Under the pieces are notes generated by a model. It ran no database searches. It saw only the letters and a list, made by a program, of their open reading frames with translations, and was not told the DNA's origin. From Hydrolagus affinis (taxonomy: Eukaryota), in NCBI GenBank assembly GCA_012026655.1, contig JAAILG010000051.1, forward strand, positions 62,001 to 126,000: a stretch of 64,000 bases of DNA. Direction: 5' to 3'. A program made the position numbers and the translations under genes. Within the stretch, counting starts at the first letter, position 1, and the number at the start of each line of letters is the position of its first letter. Positions 51,072-63,460 of this stretch are shown piece after piece.

Positions 51072-53153
51072 GTAAATTAATTGTTCTTATTTTGCTGTTT
51101 TTCTTTTGCAGTATTTGATAAATGAAGAATAATTAAAATTTCTCTCCCAAAAGCAACAACTATTTTGCAAGATACGCAAAACAACGAGAAACACTTAATT
51201 TCATATTTATAATAATGACTATTTTCTTCTTTTCATCCATTCTTGTATTGTTATGTGTTGATATATATTAACGATTAAACCAGTATTGATTTAATTCAAG
51301 AGCAGTTTTCCATTACCAGCCAATTCTTATCAGCAGAGTATAGCCACATAAAGCATCAGCCTTGGATGCCCCAACTGGTAGATGATGTTCAGTGTGGCTA
51401 TATGCTTTTCTAATAAGGCAGTAATGAGAGAGGTCTTTCCAGCTAATGCCATCAGCCAACTTCTGTTTCAGAATCCAACCAGGCAACTTTCATGTATGTA
51501 GTTCTTATCTTAAAGCAATATCAAGTAAATTGGGAATCGGTCCAATTATACTGAGTCAACATTTGCTGTATTACATGAAGATCTAAGCCATGATTCAACT
51601 CTTAGTATGAGCAATTGGCTCATTAAACTGGTTTGCCTCAGGGGTTTCTCAGTTTATAATCATATCTTCTGGTTCCACTGTCCTATCTTTGCACAAAGTA
51701 ACTATCTGCATCAGCCTTTTTACTTTCGTTTGGGTTTAAAGACATGTTATTCTCGTTTAGAATATATCTATTTATCTTTGTCTCATTTCATAGCTCAGTG
51801 ATTTAAAATCTGGAATTATTTTTGCTGACATCCTCCAATACATTTCTTATTACTTTTTTAAAAAAAAAGTAGATCCCAACCTTTTATATATACGGCGTGA
51901 CCAAAAAAAGTCTTGATAGCATTGTAGACTCTAATAAGTCTTAAAGAAATGATGATATTTTTTTTTTTTTTAGATAAAAGGGCACCTTTTTGGTAACCAA
52001 GTACTGTATATGTAACTACTGCAAAATTACTGCAAAACATACTTGTCACACCAGCGCTGTCAGTGTTTGATCATCTGTTTCCCTGAGTTGACACATTCCC
52101 TAATTTAACGATGTAACCTTCTTTTGTGAGTTTCAGTAACTTGCATTTGCTCACACAAAATTACGGTTTGTGATATATCTCTCCTCCTAAGCATCTATTG
52201 GTTGCAGTCAGTTTTACTCCTTTAATTTAAATGTCCTTTCAACACACACAATCTGGTATTGTTTCCATATGTCTAATGCCTTCATCAACACCATCAACAA
52301 ACATTGAGAACAGAAGAGGACCCAACAAAGACCTTTGAAATGCACTACAGTCTAATTACTCTCATTGAACAATGTGTTTTGTAGCTATTATTTAGCCAAC
52401 TTTATTATTCAATTTATATTCATCTTGATTTCAAGAGCTTTGTACTACTCACTCAAATAATTCAGTAATATTTATTAAATATGGATTGTGATTTATAAAC
52501 TCCTGATAACCTGGACATTATTGCACTTTTAAATAGTTTCTTTTATACAGTATTAGTGCTATTGTTTGTCAAAAATCTCAATCAAATAGTCCAATAATTT
52601 GTGTGATATGATTCAATTTATTCGAAGATTGTCTATTTTCCCTTTCTTCTTGTACGGTGTCTGTATTTAATGAGCAATAGAAACATTTCCTTAAGCATGC
52701 TTATCTGCTACAGTATATATACCCTGCTTTTATGTGAATTACACATGTAGAGCTCCCCTTCACTCCAGCAAAGCTGCTGTTTCCTTTCAAACAATCTCAG
52801 TTGATCTTGCAGTGTACTTTCCCCTAAGATGTAACCTCCTGTTGTGTGTCTGTGATCTTATTGCACAGACAACTTATGACCTCAGTGAAACAATAAAACT
52901 ATCTACTATCAGAACTATGTTTACGCTCAACACACTACCAGATAAGACAGATATAATAGCTAAGTTTTTTTTAAATTCAAATGTGAAGATAAACACTAGG
53001 GTTGAAATTACAATGAGTCAAGTAATCTGGGTTAGTTTGAAGTTCCAAACAACACCTCCTGTGACTGAACTATTCAATCATTTGATTCTCAACTAACCGA
53101 ATTTCACTGTATTGTACGCAATGTTTAATTTGGTTGCATTTTCATAATTACAG

Positions 53154-55301
53154 GGAGCGGATGAACAGCAAGGTCCTGTTAGGAGGAGTAGAATTCAGGA
53201 AGCTGGAGATCAGGGAGAGGCAGGGATGTCAAGTAGTGAGGCTTTAGACCCAACAGGTGCTTCAGAAGGAACTGCAGAGTTGGGGGACGCCTCGCTGGTT
53301 GCAGATGGAGCTGTGCAAGGAACTGCGCGTGAAGAAGGAAGGAAAAAGTTAAAGGGTGTGCTACAGATTAGCAAACTAGCAGCAGGTGGTATGCAATCTA
53401 AACAACAGATGGACGGAGAGCAACAAGTGGGAACTCCCATTGCTTTTCATTCTCCATGGAAAAAGGCAAAAATATTTCCTATGATACTTCAGAAGGTAAA
53501 AGCAAGCACCAAAGATTCCAGTTATGCCAAACTCGTGTCTGCACGTCGTGTGGATAGCCAAGAGAGTGTGGCGAGTGCGTCTTCGGGAAGTGTGGTCAGT
53601 GGAAAATCTGGTCAGAAATCAGCCAAAGGTAAGCCAACAGGCAAAAAAAAGATGGGCAAAGTGCTGAAGCATATCACCATCTCCAAACAGTTAAAATCCA
53701 AGCGTAAATCACAGGGGTCTATCAGTAAAAGTTCAGCTGCTGAGAGTGAACCAGAGGCAGCATCCCAAACCAAGGGTAGCAGTGAATCAGAAAAGGAACA
53801 AAAGAAGTCAAAAGTTGCGATTAGTGTCACCGGAGAGAGTGATCAGGAAAAAAGTGCAACCTCCGAGGACGACGATGATGGATCGAAGAAGAGACGGGAT
53901 TCCTCCAAAACGTCCGGAGATGACCAGTCACAAAGGAGTAGCGCCCAACAGTCACAGACCGAAGAAAAAGAGTATCTTAAAGTGACACTGGATCAGGATG
54001 AAACCAATGAAAGTACAGTGGACTCTGATGAAGAAAAAGATGATGAATCAGTGGGAACAGAGGATGACGCCAAGTCAAAGATTGACTCTGAGGCAGGAGA
54101 AGCAGAATCGGAGGAAGGTGTTGCTTCAGAAGGTGGAGATTCTGACGAAGAATCAAAGAGTGAAATCTCTGATAAATCTAGTTCTGGAAGTGGACAGAGT
54201 TCACAGAGTAGAGCTTCTGATACAGAAGGTCAAGATTCAGCATCGAGAGCGTCGGACAGAACCGAATCCAATGCTGAGGAAATATCTGATGAATCTGATG
54301 GAGATGGTAGCACTAGCAGAACAACAGAATCCAAAACTAGGTCAAGTACATTTAGCAAAGGGAGTGTTACCAGCAGGAGTACCTCAATAGCAACAGAAGG
54401 AACAGAGATGTCAGATAGTTCCATAGACAGCGATGCCAGTCAGCAAACATCAAATGTAGGTAGTTCTCAAGAAAAGTCCAGCCTGTCAACTCAGACAAGC
54501 ACAGCGAGCACGAAAACAGATGCCACAACAGGAGGTAGTAGTTCTTCACCTGGGTCTTTTTCAGGGAGTGGATTAAGTGGAAGAAAATCAACATCTGTCA
54601 CTGAACAAAGTCAAAGTTTCATTTCCAAAGTTTCAGCATCTACCAGCGATTTTGAAGCAATTCAGGAGGAATCTGATGAAGATGTCACGTCTGAAGACTA
54701 TGAAGACAGTGAAAGTAAACTCAGCGAATTTATAAGTCAAGAAGAGGAAGAGTCTGGGAACAGTAGCGATGGAACAAAATTTGGAACGTCAATCAGTCAA
54801 AACACTATCAATAGTGTGAATAGGAGTGAGAGCAGATATAGTCAATCGACAGACGCACAGACTGACAGTGCTGGAAATAGTATGAGGAGAATAAATACTG
54901 ATCAGTCAGATTACAATGACAGTGATGATGTCAGTCAAGCAACGGATTCACAGCAAACAACTATTAGTAGTGCATTCAGCGAAAGCAGGTTAAAAAGCTT
55001 GAAGAGCAATTATAGTGACAATACTGAACTCTCCAGAATCAGTGATGGAAGCAGCTTGAGACGTAGTTTGACAAGTGCAGCAGATTCTAATCAAAGCGAG
55101 ATTTCAGGTTATTCTGAAAGAAGTAACAGAATGAGCAATGCAAGTAGAAAGAATGGAAGTTTAAGCAAAGGAACATCTTCAGAATATAATGAATCCAGCA
55201 GTGTTGGAGAAGGCCTGCAAGACTCAACCGAGGACAATGAAGAACTAGATGAAGAAATATCAGAAGCAGAGAGTGTTCAGGATACAGTTACATCATTATA
55301 A
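53154..55301 (+). CDS. PCDH15: PCDH15 CD2-type terminal exon (715 aa, Ser/acidic-rich, ends DTVTSL*)
   Basis: attacag|GGAGCG, phase 0 and in frame with ORF 53226-55301. WKKAKIFPMILQKVK and EEKEYLKVTLDQDETNESTVDSDEE match recalled mammalian CD2 WKRARIFPMIFKKVR and EEDKDYL.LTLDQEEATESTVESEEE. Ends in a class I PDZ ligand. Confidence 0.88.
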   Translation, partial: GADEQQGPVRRSRIQEAGDQGEAGMSSSEALDPTGASEGTAELGDASLVADGAVQGTAREEGRKKLKGVLQISKLAAGGMQSKQQMDGEQQVGTPIAFHSPWKKAKIFPMILQKVKASTKDSSYAKLVSARRVDSQESVASASSGSVVSGKSGQKSAKGKPTGKKKMGKVLKHITISKQLKSKRKSQGSISKSSAAESEPEAASQTKGSSESEKEQKKSKVAISVTGESDQEKSATSEDDDDGSKKRRDSSKTSGDDQSQRSSAQQSQTEEKEYLKVTLDQDETNESTVDSDEEKDDESVGTEDDAKSKIDSEAGEAESEEGVASEGGDSDEESKSEISDKSSSGSGQSSQSRASDTEGQDSASRASDRTESNAEEISDESDGDGSTSRTTESKTRSSTFSKGSVTSRSTSIATEGTEMSDSSIDSDASQQTSNVGSSQEKSSLSTQTSTASTKTDATTGGSSSSPGSFSGSGLSGRKSTSVTEQSQSFISKVSASTSDFEAIQEESDEDVTSEDYEDSESKLSEFISQEEEESGNSSDGTKFGTSISQNTINSVNRSESRYSQSTDAQTDSAGNSMRRINTDQSDYNDSDDVSQATDSQQTTISSAFSESRLKSLKSNYSDNTELSRISDGSSLRRSLTSAADSNQSEISGYSERSNRMSNASRKNGSLSKGTSSEYNESSSVGEGLQDSTEDNEELDEEISEAESVQDTVTSL

Positions 55302-56128
55302 AAAGAATGGAAGGTTGAAAAATAATTTTGGAAAATAGATTTTGATGTTTGCTGTGGTGTTTCCTATTGATTGAGTTTGTGAAACTGTTTGCTGTGTTTT
55401 TTAATCGATTTACAGTGGACTAAATTGACCATGATTTTCCATGGATTGCTGAGGATAAACGCAGCCAGATTTCCTGCTCCCAATACCTCTACACAATGTC
55501 CTTCACTGTTTTGTGTGTGTGTGTGTGTTTGTGGAGGGGCGTGTGGGTGTGACCACCACAGGATCAGGTCAAGTGGCCTGTTGATACTCCAAACATACCC
55601 AATAGCAGAGAGATATGTGCCAATGGAGAGAAAGAAAAAACAATTACATTACGCAGACAAAGAAAAATTCGTTATAATCCATTGGGAAGCTGGTACTTTA
55701 AGAATTGTGTAGGATCAGCTTCCAAATTAAGAGTTTAGGAAGGGTTCACAGTTCAGAGTGTACTTTATATTTGAAGACAAAATGGTTTCAGGCTGGCTGA
55801 AATTAGATGGAAAATCAAACCTCTGGGTAGCACGACAGAATAGTGTTTTATTGCATGAAGTTGGTTTTCCGAAGGAATGCTGTGTGGAAATTACTTCAGT
55901 CTGCAAGCTATAAACCATTGTAAAATATTGCGTTTTTTGTTAAAAAAACTTACATACCCACTATATTGTACCATATCCTTATTGATTAGCTTGTATTTAA
56001 AAATGTCACATTTGGTGTTCAGTATGAAGTATTGCTTTAAACTTAGTTCTTTACTAACTGCTTCCCTGTGTGATTTTGACGTTCAGTGATCTAATGTGAA
56101 AACCTTTCTCGTTCCTTTCTTTACACAG

Positions 56129-56704
56129 TGTGCTCGACAGAAACGAGTGAAGTTGGTTGTAGATCGCGAGTATGAAACCAGCTCAACTGGTGAGGACAGT
56201 GCACCAGAAGCACAAAGAATTCGTATTAAGCACCCGAATAACCATAGCAACATTAATAGTAACATCTATATTGCTCAAAATGGATCGATCGTCAGAACAA
56301 GGCGCGGTTGCCATCCTAGCAACGCAAAAGCAAACTCACCTGCACGAGTCGGAAAACAGTTCAAAAAATTGGATAAACTGGCAGTCACACAGGAAGAAAA
56401 AGTTCCTTTGAGCAATCCGCTGGAAAAGGCAACGGCTTCTTGCAGCAATGCCGACCCTAACGCAAGGGTGTCATCTGGCTCTGTGGGCTCCAGCACCGTG
56501 GGTCATAACAGCAGCATGTTTAAACTGAGCACATTAAAGACAAGGAATGAGAGAGTAAAAAGCACAGATGACCAAGAGTCAGCTATTGATAACGAAGATG
56601 TTAAGGAGCCTTTCGAATCTCACAGTGACCAGACACAGTCTGATGAGGAAGAGTTGTGGATGGGACCTTGGAATAATCTTCACATACCAATGACCAAACT
56701 GTGA
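56129..56704 (+). CDS. PCDH15: PCDH15 CD3 terminal exon (191 aa; ...KLVVDREYETSSTGEDSAPE...LWMGPWNNLHIPMTKL*)
   Basis: tacacag|TGTGCT, phase 0. CD3 signature motifs and MTKL PDZ ligand. Confidence 0.96.
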   Translation, partial: CARQKRVKLVVDREYETSSTGEDSAPEAQRIRIKHPNNHSNINSNIYIAQNGSIVRTRRGCHPSNAKANSPARVGKQFKKLDKLAVTQEEKVPLSNPLEKATASCSNADPNARVSSGSVGSSTVGHNSSMFKLSTLKTRNERVKSTDDQESAIDNEDVKEPFESHSDQTQSDEEELWMGPWNNLHIPMTKL

Positions 56705-59359
56705 TTTACAAATTTTATTGTAACTAATAGGAAAATCCATTTTTTTTATAGGTTACATCAAAAGTACCCCCAATGTTTGAAATATGCATCAGTAGCATAA
56801 ATTTTGATCTGTATAAATTGCATTCACCAGGATCAGCAAGCGTCCAAATTCCAATGTTTACAGAAAAGGGGTAAGAAATTGCTGAGTCATAGTGTTTTGT
56901 ATGCTGGTTGTATCTGTCTTAATCGATTCATCAAACCCCAAACAATCTACAAGATTCCCAGATTGTCACAACAAACAAAGTACTTGTGAGTTTCAGAAAC
57001 TATAAATAACACTTTACACTGTTGGTGTTGGTCCTGCTTGGGAATAACTCGAATTTTTAAAGGAAAAACAATTGCACATACATTTATATGTGGTTATTTA
57101 GTTTTTGATGTTCATTATTCTTTTGAAACTGTTTATATGTTTTAAGAACTCACCTTAAACAAAACCGAAAAAATGATGGTTTAATTTGCATTTAATGACA
57201 GTGAAGAAGTCAGAAGTATTACTCTTAAAATACAAAAATCTTAGCTTGGTCTCATTCATGGATATTCACCATACAATATCCACATCCAGGTTACGCTGTA
57301 AATGCTATTAAGTGAAATGCAGGTTGCAAACATGTGCACTCAGTATTTTACTACTTTACCTTGTTCACCACTTCTTCAGCTTCTCTCACATAATTCACCT
57401 CCTAGTGGAGATGTGAGAATATTGTCAGAAGCAGGTACTTGAAATTGTTAAATATGATTCCCAAATTCCTTCAACTTATTTTTAAAAAAGAAACTAATTT
57501 CATCATTTGACTATTGTAGTATTTTGTTCAAAAACTTAATTCTGCAGTGCTTAAAAATAATTTTATCAGGCTGCCAGAATATTTGCTTTAGTCAACATCT
57601 CTGAATCTTTAATTTCCCTGCTTGATGTGCACCATTACATTTGGCAAACATTTCGAGGAGTTCCTCCAAATCACTATTTAAATGCAAACTATTGTTCCTA
57701 TGATAATGCACTTTATTTTATTGTACCCGTAATTCATTTTTAAAAGTGGTTATCCTTGTACACTGATATCTCTCATAAACCTATAATAAATTCTAGTTGG
57801 CCTCTGTCAAAGTAAATAATTGTATATTTTTAAAAGAAAAATAGCTTTAAAATAACTTTGGGAATGTCCTGATAGTTTTTGAAGTATGGCCATTCGAAAT
57901 ATTAACTTCTAATATATTTGTTGTTGGCAGATCCTGTTCATTAATTGACTTTGTACTGCTGCTTACAAAGACAGCATGGATTTCCACCGATTAAAGACTA
58001 ATAATTTGTTACTATCTCCCTCTTACCCCTCCCTATTTATTTTCTATGCTACCATTTTCTGTATTTCCTGTCTGAGCCAGTTAACCAATTCGCAGGCTGT
58101 CGGTGAAACTAATGTTGTGTTGGCTAAACATTAAGCTTGGAAATTAGGTCCCAAACTAGAAATGTTTTAATTAATTATTTGAGGGAAAATACAAGTGAAT
58201 ATGGGTTATGCTTTAATGCACAAACACATTGCTAGTCTCACTGTTGGATTTGGGTGAGTCAAAAGATTCCACACAAACCCAGTTTTTGCTGTGCATTTTG
58301 CATTGTAAACATGTGTTAAATTGCAATGAAAACCAAGTCTATATCTGGTATTTGCTGTGCAATCTAAAAGCAATTCACATTGGAGTCTGGGAGCACATGG
58401 TTTCAAAAACAACAATGATTTGCACAGTTGCAGATTTTATTTCTAATCAGATCAGAAATGTCCATTGGAATGCCCACAAAGCTGTAAGAAACCATTTTTC
58501 AAGTTTATTAAGGCTCTTTACTAACATTGAAAAAAATACATTGGTTCTGTACCACTGGTGGAATATAAGCATAAACATCCGTAACTCTATGTGAGTGTTC
58601 ATAGCAGTGGGAAGTATAAATCCAGTTCCTCTCATGGAATTGGTCGGCTGTTGGAAGCTGCAAAATAAACCAGGCACAGAGGCATAGGCATATCAATTGA
58701 AGATAACAGTGGGTTTAGAAAACCAAGAGAGAAATCTTGAAAATTTATGGTAACAGTGTGATAGAATAAGACTATAAAGTGACTGATCTGTCAATGCTGG
58801 CTGGACTAGCAGAGACAACAGACACAGCACCCAGGTTGAAGCTCAGATTGTGTAAAATAGGAAATGGAAGATCTGGAAGAATTGATCAGATGTGTCTCAA
58901 TTTTCATAATTGATTTCAACTAATGAAGTCCAGCAACCAGTCTACGTAAAGTTGATGGCATGAATACTTAATATTGGGTGTATAAAATTAAACAAAGACT
59001 TGCTTTTTATGCACACGTCAATTGGCAAAATACACGTTTTTTAAAAAACGAATCTTATAATCACACAGTACCGACTACTTTTGGACACGAGGAAAGTTGC
59101 ACAGAATGGTATCCTGGTGAAAGATGTTTATCAGATGACCATTAATTTTAAAAAGAAGCTTTAGCATATTTATATTGATTAAAAAAAACACACCAATATG
59201 CCTTCAATGACAATAATCCTTGTAGTTGTATGCTCTGTGTTGGCCTTTGGATGTCACTGCTGGCTGCTCTATAACTGTGGAAAATATCTTGGATTTTTTA
59301 ACAAAGTGTTTGTACGTACGCTTATGTTGAAAGAATCATTTCCGTCTGTTTGATTTAAT

Positions 59360-59365
59360 AATAAA
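59360..59365 (+). terminator. Candidate distal poly(A) signal of the CD3 3' UTR
   Basis: AATAAA at the end of a ~2.7 kb stretch with no recognisable repeats after the CD3 stop, just before a CR1 fragment. An alternative AATAAA lies at 57785. Confidence 0.4.
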
Positions 59366-59406
59366 ATACATCGAACACCGTGCCGATAGTTAATTTATTT
59401 TTACAT

Positions 59407-60655
59407 ACTGGAGAAGTGGAGCTTGAGGGGCGATATGATTACGGTCTTTAAGATTCTGAAGGGAATAAATAATGTTAACCATAACAAGTTGTTTTATCGT
59501 GCTGAACGGTAGAAACCAGAAGACAAGGCTTGCGATTCAAGTAAGGTAGATTCAGAAGAAATCTAAGGAAATACTACTTCTGTGAACGAGTAGTAAACTA
59601 ATGGAACAGATTTCCTAGGGACCTGGTGGAAGCAGAAAAAGGTGTTTGTTTCAAGAACAAATGAGATAGATTTCTGCTAGAAAATAATATTTTGGGACAC
59701 AGTACTATGCAGTAGAACCTCGGTTGGCGACCACCTCAGTGGCGCGACCACCCCGCCTAGGCGACCAGTCAGATTTGGTCCCAAATATTTCCTTACTCAT
59801 TTCCAGTTAAATAAACCTCACTGACGCGACCACCCCAGTTCCTAGACCGTGACCACTGATTTGGCGGTTCCCAAACAACCTTTTCCTGGTCCTAACGCAA
59901 CCACTCTGGCCAATCAGGGAACAGTTTTTAAACTTCACGCCACTCTAGTGTGTCGTCACCTCTGAGTTGCTAGACTGGTTCCCAATCCTGTGGGAAACAG
60001 ATCCATAAACACAAACACGGTACATTATCATTGAGACCAAATGCAAAATAAATCAGGTTAATGCTCCCAGTTTGTGACTCTTGACGCTTTGGCAGCTAAG
60101 ATCCCACGAGGTTGTGAGTTGCTTCCATCTCTCGACAGCAACCCACGCATAGAACCGGTCCAAGCTCCAATCACCCACTTTTGTTTTGAATGAAATCACA
60201 TGGGGTGAACAAATCAAACGGCGTAATGGTGCAGGCCAGCACTTTAATTTACTTTTTAAACTCGCTACGGGAAGCCTGCATGCTGGCCCTGGAGGCTGAT
60301 CACCGGGACACAAACAACAATCTATAACTGGAGCATGTAATAAATGGTCATGGCTTGTGCGGCTCGCATTTGCAGAGCAAGTTTTCCCTCTCTATGCAAA
60401 TCACTGTCCTCGGGCGTACAGGGCCGACTCTGCATGGACGGTAGCCAATAGTTTAATCTTCCATCCAGCAGAATCGACACCTCAATAACGCGACCACCCC
60501 GCCAACGCGACCACCTGGCCGTGGTCCCATGGGTGGTCACGTTACCAAGGTTCTACTGTATATAGTTTGGGACACAACACGTCCAGCGATTGCCAAGATA
60601 GTGGAAGGTGAACTAGATGGATCTTGGTCCTTTTTCGCCCAAGTTCTTATGTTAT
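59407..60655 (+). mobile_element. CR1 3' end interrupted by a DNA transposon
   Basis: LEKxxLRGDMITVFKILKG-like start; 3' UTR gaactagatggatcttggtcctttttc...ttcttatgtt resumes after 60560. Confidence 0.75.
59710..60558. mobile_element. Non-autonomous pogo/Tigger-like DNA transposon (849 bp)
   Basis: TIRs cagtagaacctcggttggcgaccac and gtggtcacgttaccaaggttctactg; TA on the right, TG on the left; multiple subterminal gcgaccac repeats; no transposase ORF. Confidence 0.85.
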
Positions 60656-62502
60656 TAATGCAGCTTTTTCTCTTTATTTTGCATGGCTTACTTAATTAGA
60701 AAATGTTAGATTGCAAAGTGGGCTAGATGAATGGCCTGGCAAGGTTCCCATTAAAATGCTCCTAAGGATTTAACTGGATGATCTTCAGCTGAGACCAAAG
60801 TGTGTGTTAGGCCAGCTGGCTCCTCCAGTGAAAGGTAACTCACTATTAATGCCCTTAGAAATAATACCTTGGGTCACAATGGATGTCTAAATGGCAATTT
60901 CTGTGTGAGTTTTCCTGCTCTTCAGTATTACGGTGATTATTAGAACTTTGATGTTAACAAGGTGTAAACGGTAAGATGATTTTTACAGACAATCATAGTA
61001 CTGTAATAACTTGCTGATATAAATGACCATATTTTATTGAATGAAAAGATAAGTACTGTATTAACAGTCACTGCATAATTGCTTATTAGAAAAGGTCTGC
61101 TATGCAGACCCTGAACTGGCGCCAGCAGTAACTTCAAGCTCCATTCACTTTACACAATTATAATAGAACAGATGAGCGCATGCAATTTTTAAAAATTTGA
61201 TTTCCTCCTGCTGTATTTCACCATATTGTCCTGATCCTACTGGTGGGGTGGGGGTGGTGGAGGGGGGTGAGGGGGGTGGGGGTGCTGGAAAGGAAGGAGG
61301 AAAGAACAGCCATTATGTGGACAGAATTGTAACCAAAATTTTGTGCTAATGAGAAATTTAGAATATGGGGCAATTCTCAAGCAAATAGATTTCAGCATGT
61401 CCTGGGGATCTGTGTCATTTGTTCCACCGTTCCATCTGGGTGTCAGAGCATTTACATAGAGTAGTTAGAAATAGTTGATTAGTTTTTCCAGAATAAAATT
61501 GGAGCTGCCTATTTCAAATAGATTGTGAATGTTTCTCACGACCAAGATTTTGTTCAACTGGAAGAGTTGCTTGTCTAATTATTTTTTTCTTAGCTTTTTT
61601 TATTGCAGTATGTATGTTGGCCTCAGTCTCAAGGTCACCATTTTTATGATGCCTTATTATTTCTTGCAACTCTTTTTCACTTTTCCATGCAATCTGAAGT
61701 CTGACTGTAAGTTCCTAATTCTTGTGCTGCTTTAACAATTTTTTACAGCCTGAATTAGATTTAAACTATATATTTTGAATAGTGGAGCTCCACTTTCAAA
61801 TTATTTTCCTACTTCTAAACATAAATTTAAATTGAATCACCGTTCATTTAAACAATCACTTTGCTGACTGCCTTGATTTAAAAATAAATCAAATACAATT
61901 TCCCATTCAATACTTGTAGTTATTCCCTTATTATATGATTTGTGAGTTAGAATTTTATTGGTTTAGCCTTTGGCTCAGTAAACAGCAATTTATTTGATAT
62001 GGTTTCATTTCAGCCCAAAACCTCCTCTAAGTTCAAATCACTAACCATGTCCAACGCAATGCTAAATTATTGACCTGTTTCTGGATCTAACTTCCTCCCT
62101 CGATTCACAAGCTGATAAACTATCGTCAGCTACCTCTGTTAGCTTATTCCACCCCTTTTCAGATGGATTTAGTAGTTTCTGGTATGTATGAAGGGCTATA
62201 TCTTAAATGTCCAGAATTCTACTAATTAACCACATTGTAGAAAGTAGCATTCATTCTTGCCATTAAAACTAATTTGAGCAATATCAATGCCAGTCATAAA
62301 TACCAATTTAGGTTTAACGCGGTAGTAAATGTTTTCTACTAGTGGACTAGAAGTTCAATTTGCATTAATTATCAGAACATGGATCCAATTAAATTATGTT
62401 GCAATTACTTGGCCTATTCTTTTATCGTAATAAGTACCACTTCAAATGGTCTTAAAGTCAATACAGTATAAGAAATGTTAGAATGGGGGTGCCTTTAGGT
62501 CT

Positions 62503-62666
62503 AGACTCTCCTTTTCGACCGTGCCTTCTGCTGCCCTCCCAACTCTCTCCTGCCTCTCCTCCCTACCCTGCCCCTCTCGCTTGCTCGGGTTCCATCCTGA
62601 CTGTTCAGCGCCTTGGGACATCCTCCCGACATGAAAGGTGCTTTATAAATATAATTTTGTTGTTGT
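62503..62666 (+). mobile_element. L2 3' end fragment
   Basis: ttcgaccgtgccttctgc...cttgggacatcctcccgacatgaaaggtgctttataaatataattttgttgttg. Confidence 0.85.
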
Positions 62667-63460
62667 ATTCTAGGATTTTTTCTGTTATTTCTGTTAATTA
62701 TGTACATTTATGACCTGGATTTGCATGCTTGACCCTCACGTCCTCTCATCTCCACCTTTATGGTTCTGCCCTTGCCTTGTTCTTTTCTTACCTTTTCCAT
62801 CGTTTCCACTTTGTTTCCACCAATGGCTTGTCCTCTAGCTTGTCCTCTAGCCCTTACACCCTGGGGCTCTGTCCTAGGTCCTCTCATTAAAAGATACAAC
62901 TAATGGTGCTAATTTAAGTAACTTTTTATTACATAAAACGTAGTTAACTTTTCTCTCCTGTACACTTTCCTTCCAAGATTAATGTTGGCTGAAAGACATG
63001 GAATATAATTCCGGAGATAGTTAAGTGGTTATATGATTAGCGCCTTTTTTGATTAGCTAGCTGTGATTTCTCTGGTGGCACAATCACAGCAGTATCCCTA
63101 ATCATTTTCAGGAAATTAAACTTTTAAGTACACACTTAAATCTGTATTCACATCCTTTTTTTGCTTATCTCCTCATAAAGTCACAGGGTCTTAACGCATT
63201 TTAACAGTTCTAAGGTATAATCCAGGAGTAAGCAGATGCTCGATAACATCAGAACACAAAAGTGGACATGACAAAACTAAAACACAGAACATGTTGAATT
63301 CTGTTACGTGAAACCACATGTGTGGCAATGATGCACTTGATTTGTACTTTAAGAATGGGATATTGGCGGACAATCCCAATGAAAAAGTTGCAGTTTCTGG
63401 ACTAGGATTTTGCTAGTTTGTGCTGAGATTGTTTGTGTACGCCTGGGCTGCAAGGAGAAG

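Noticed and set aside
53226-55301. Independent single-exon gene (DSPP/SIBLING-like Ser/Asp-rich protein) nested in the locus
   Set aside because: There is no signal peptide, the frame is open upstream to a phase-matched splice acceptor, and it carries PCDH15-CD2 motifs.
61242-61283. G-rich tract with G-quadruplex potential
   Set aside because: Simple low-complexity G-runs downstream of the gene, with no supporting context.
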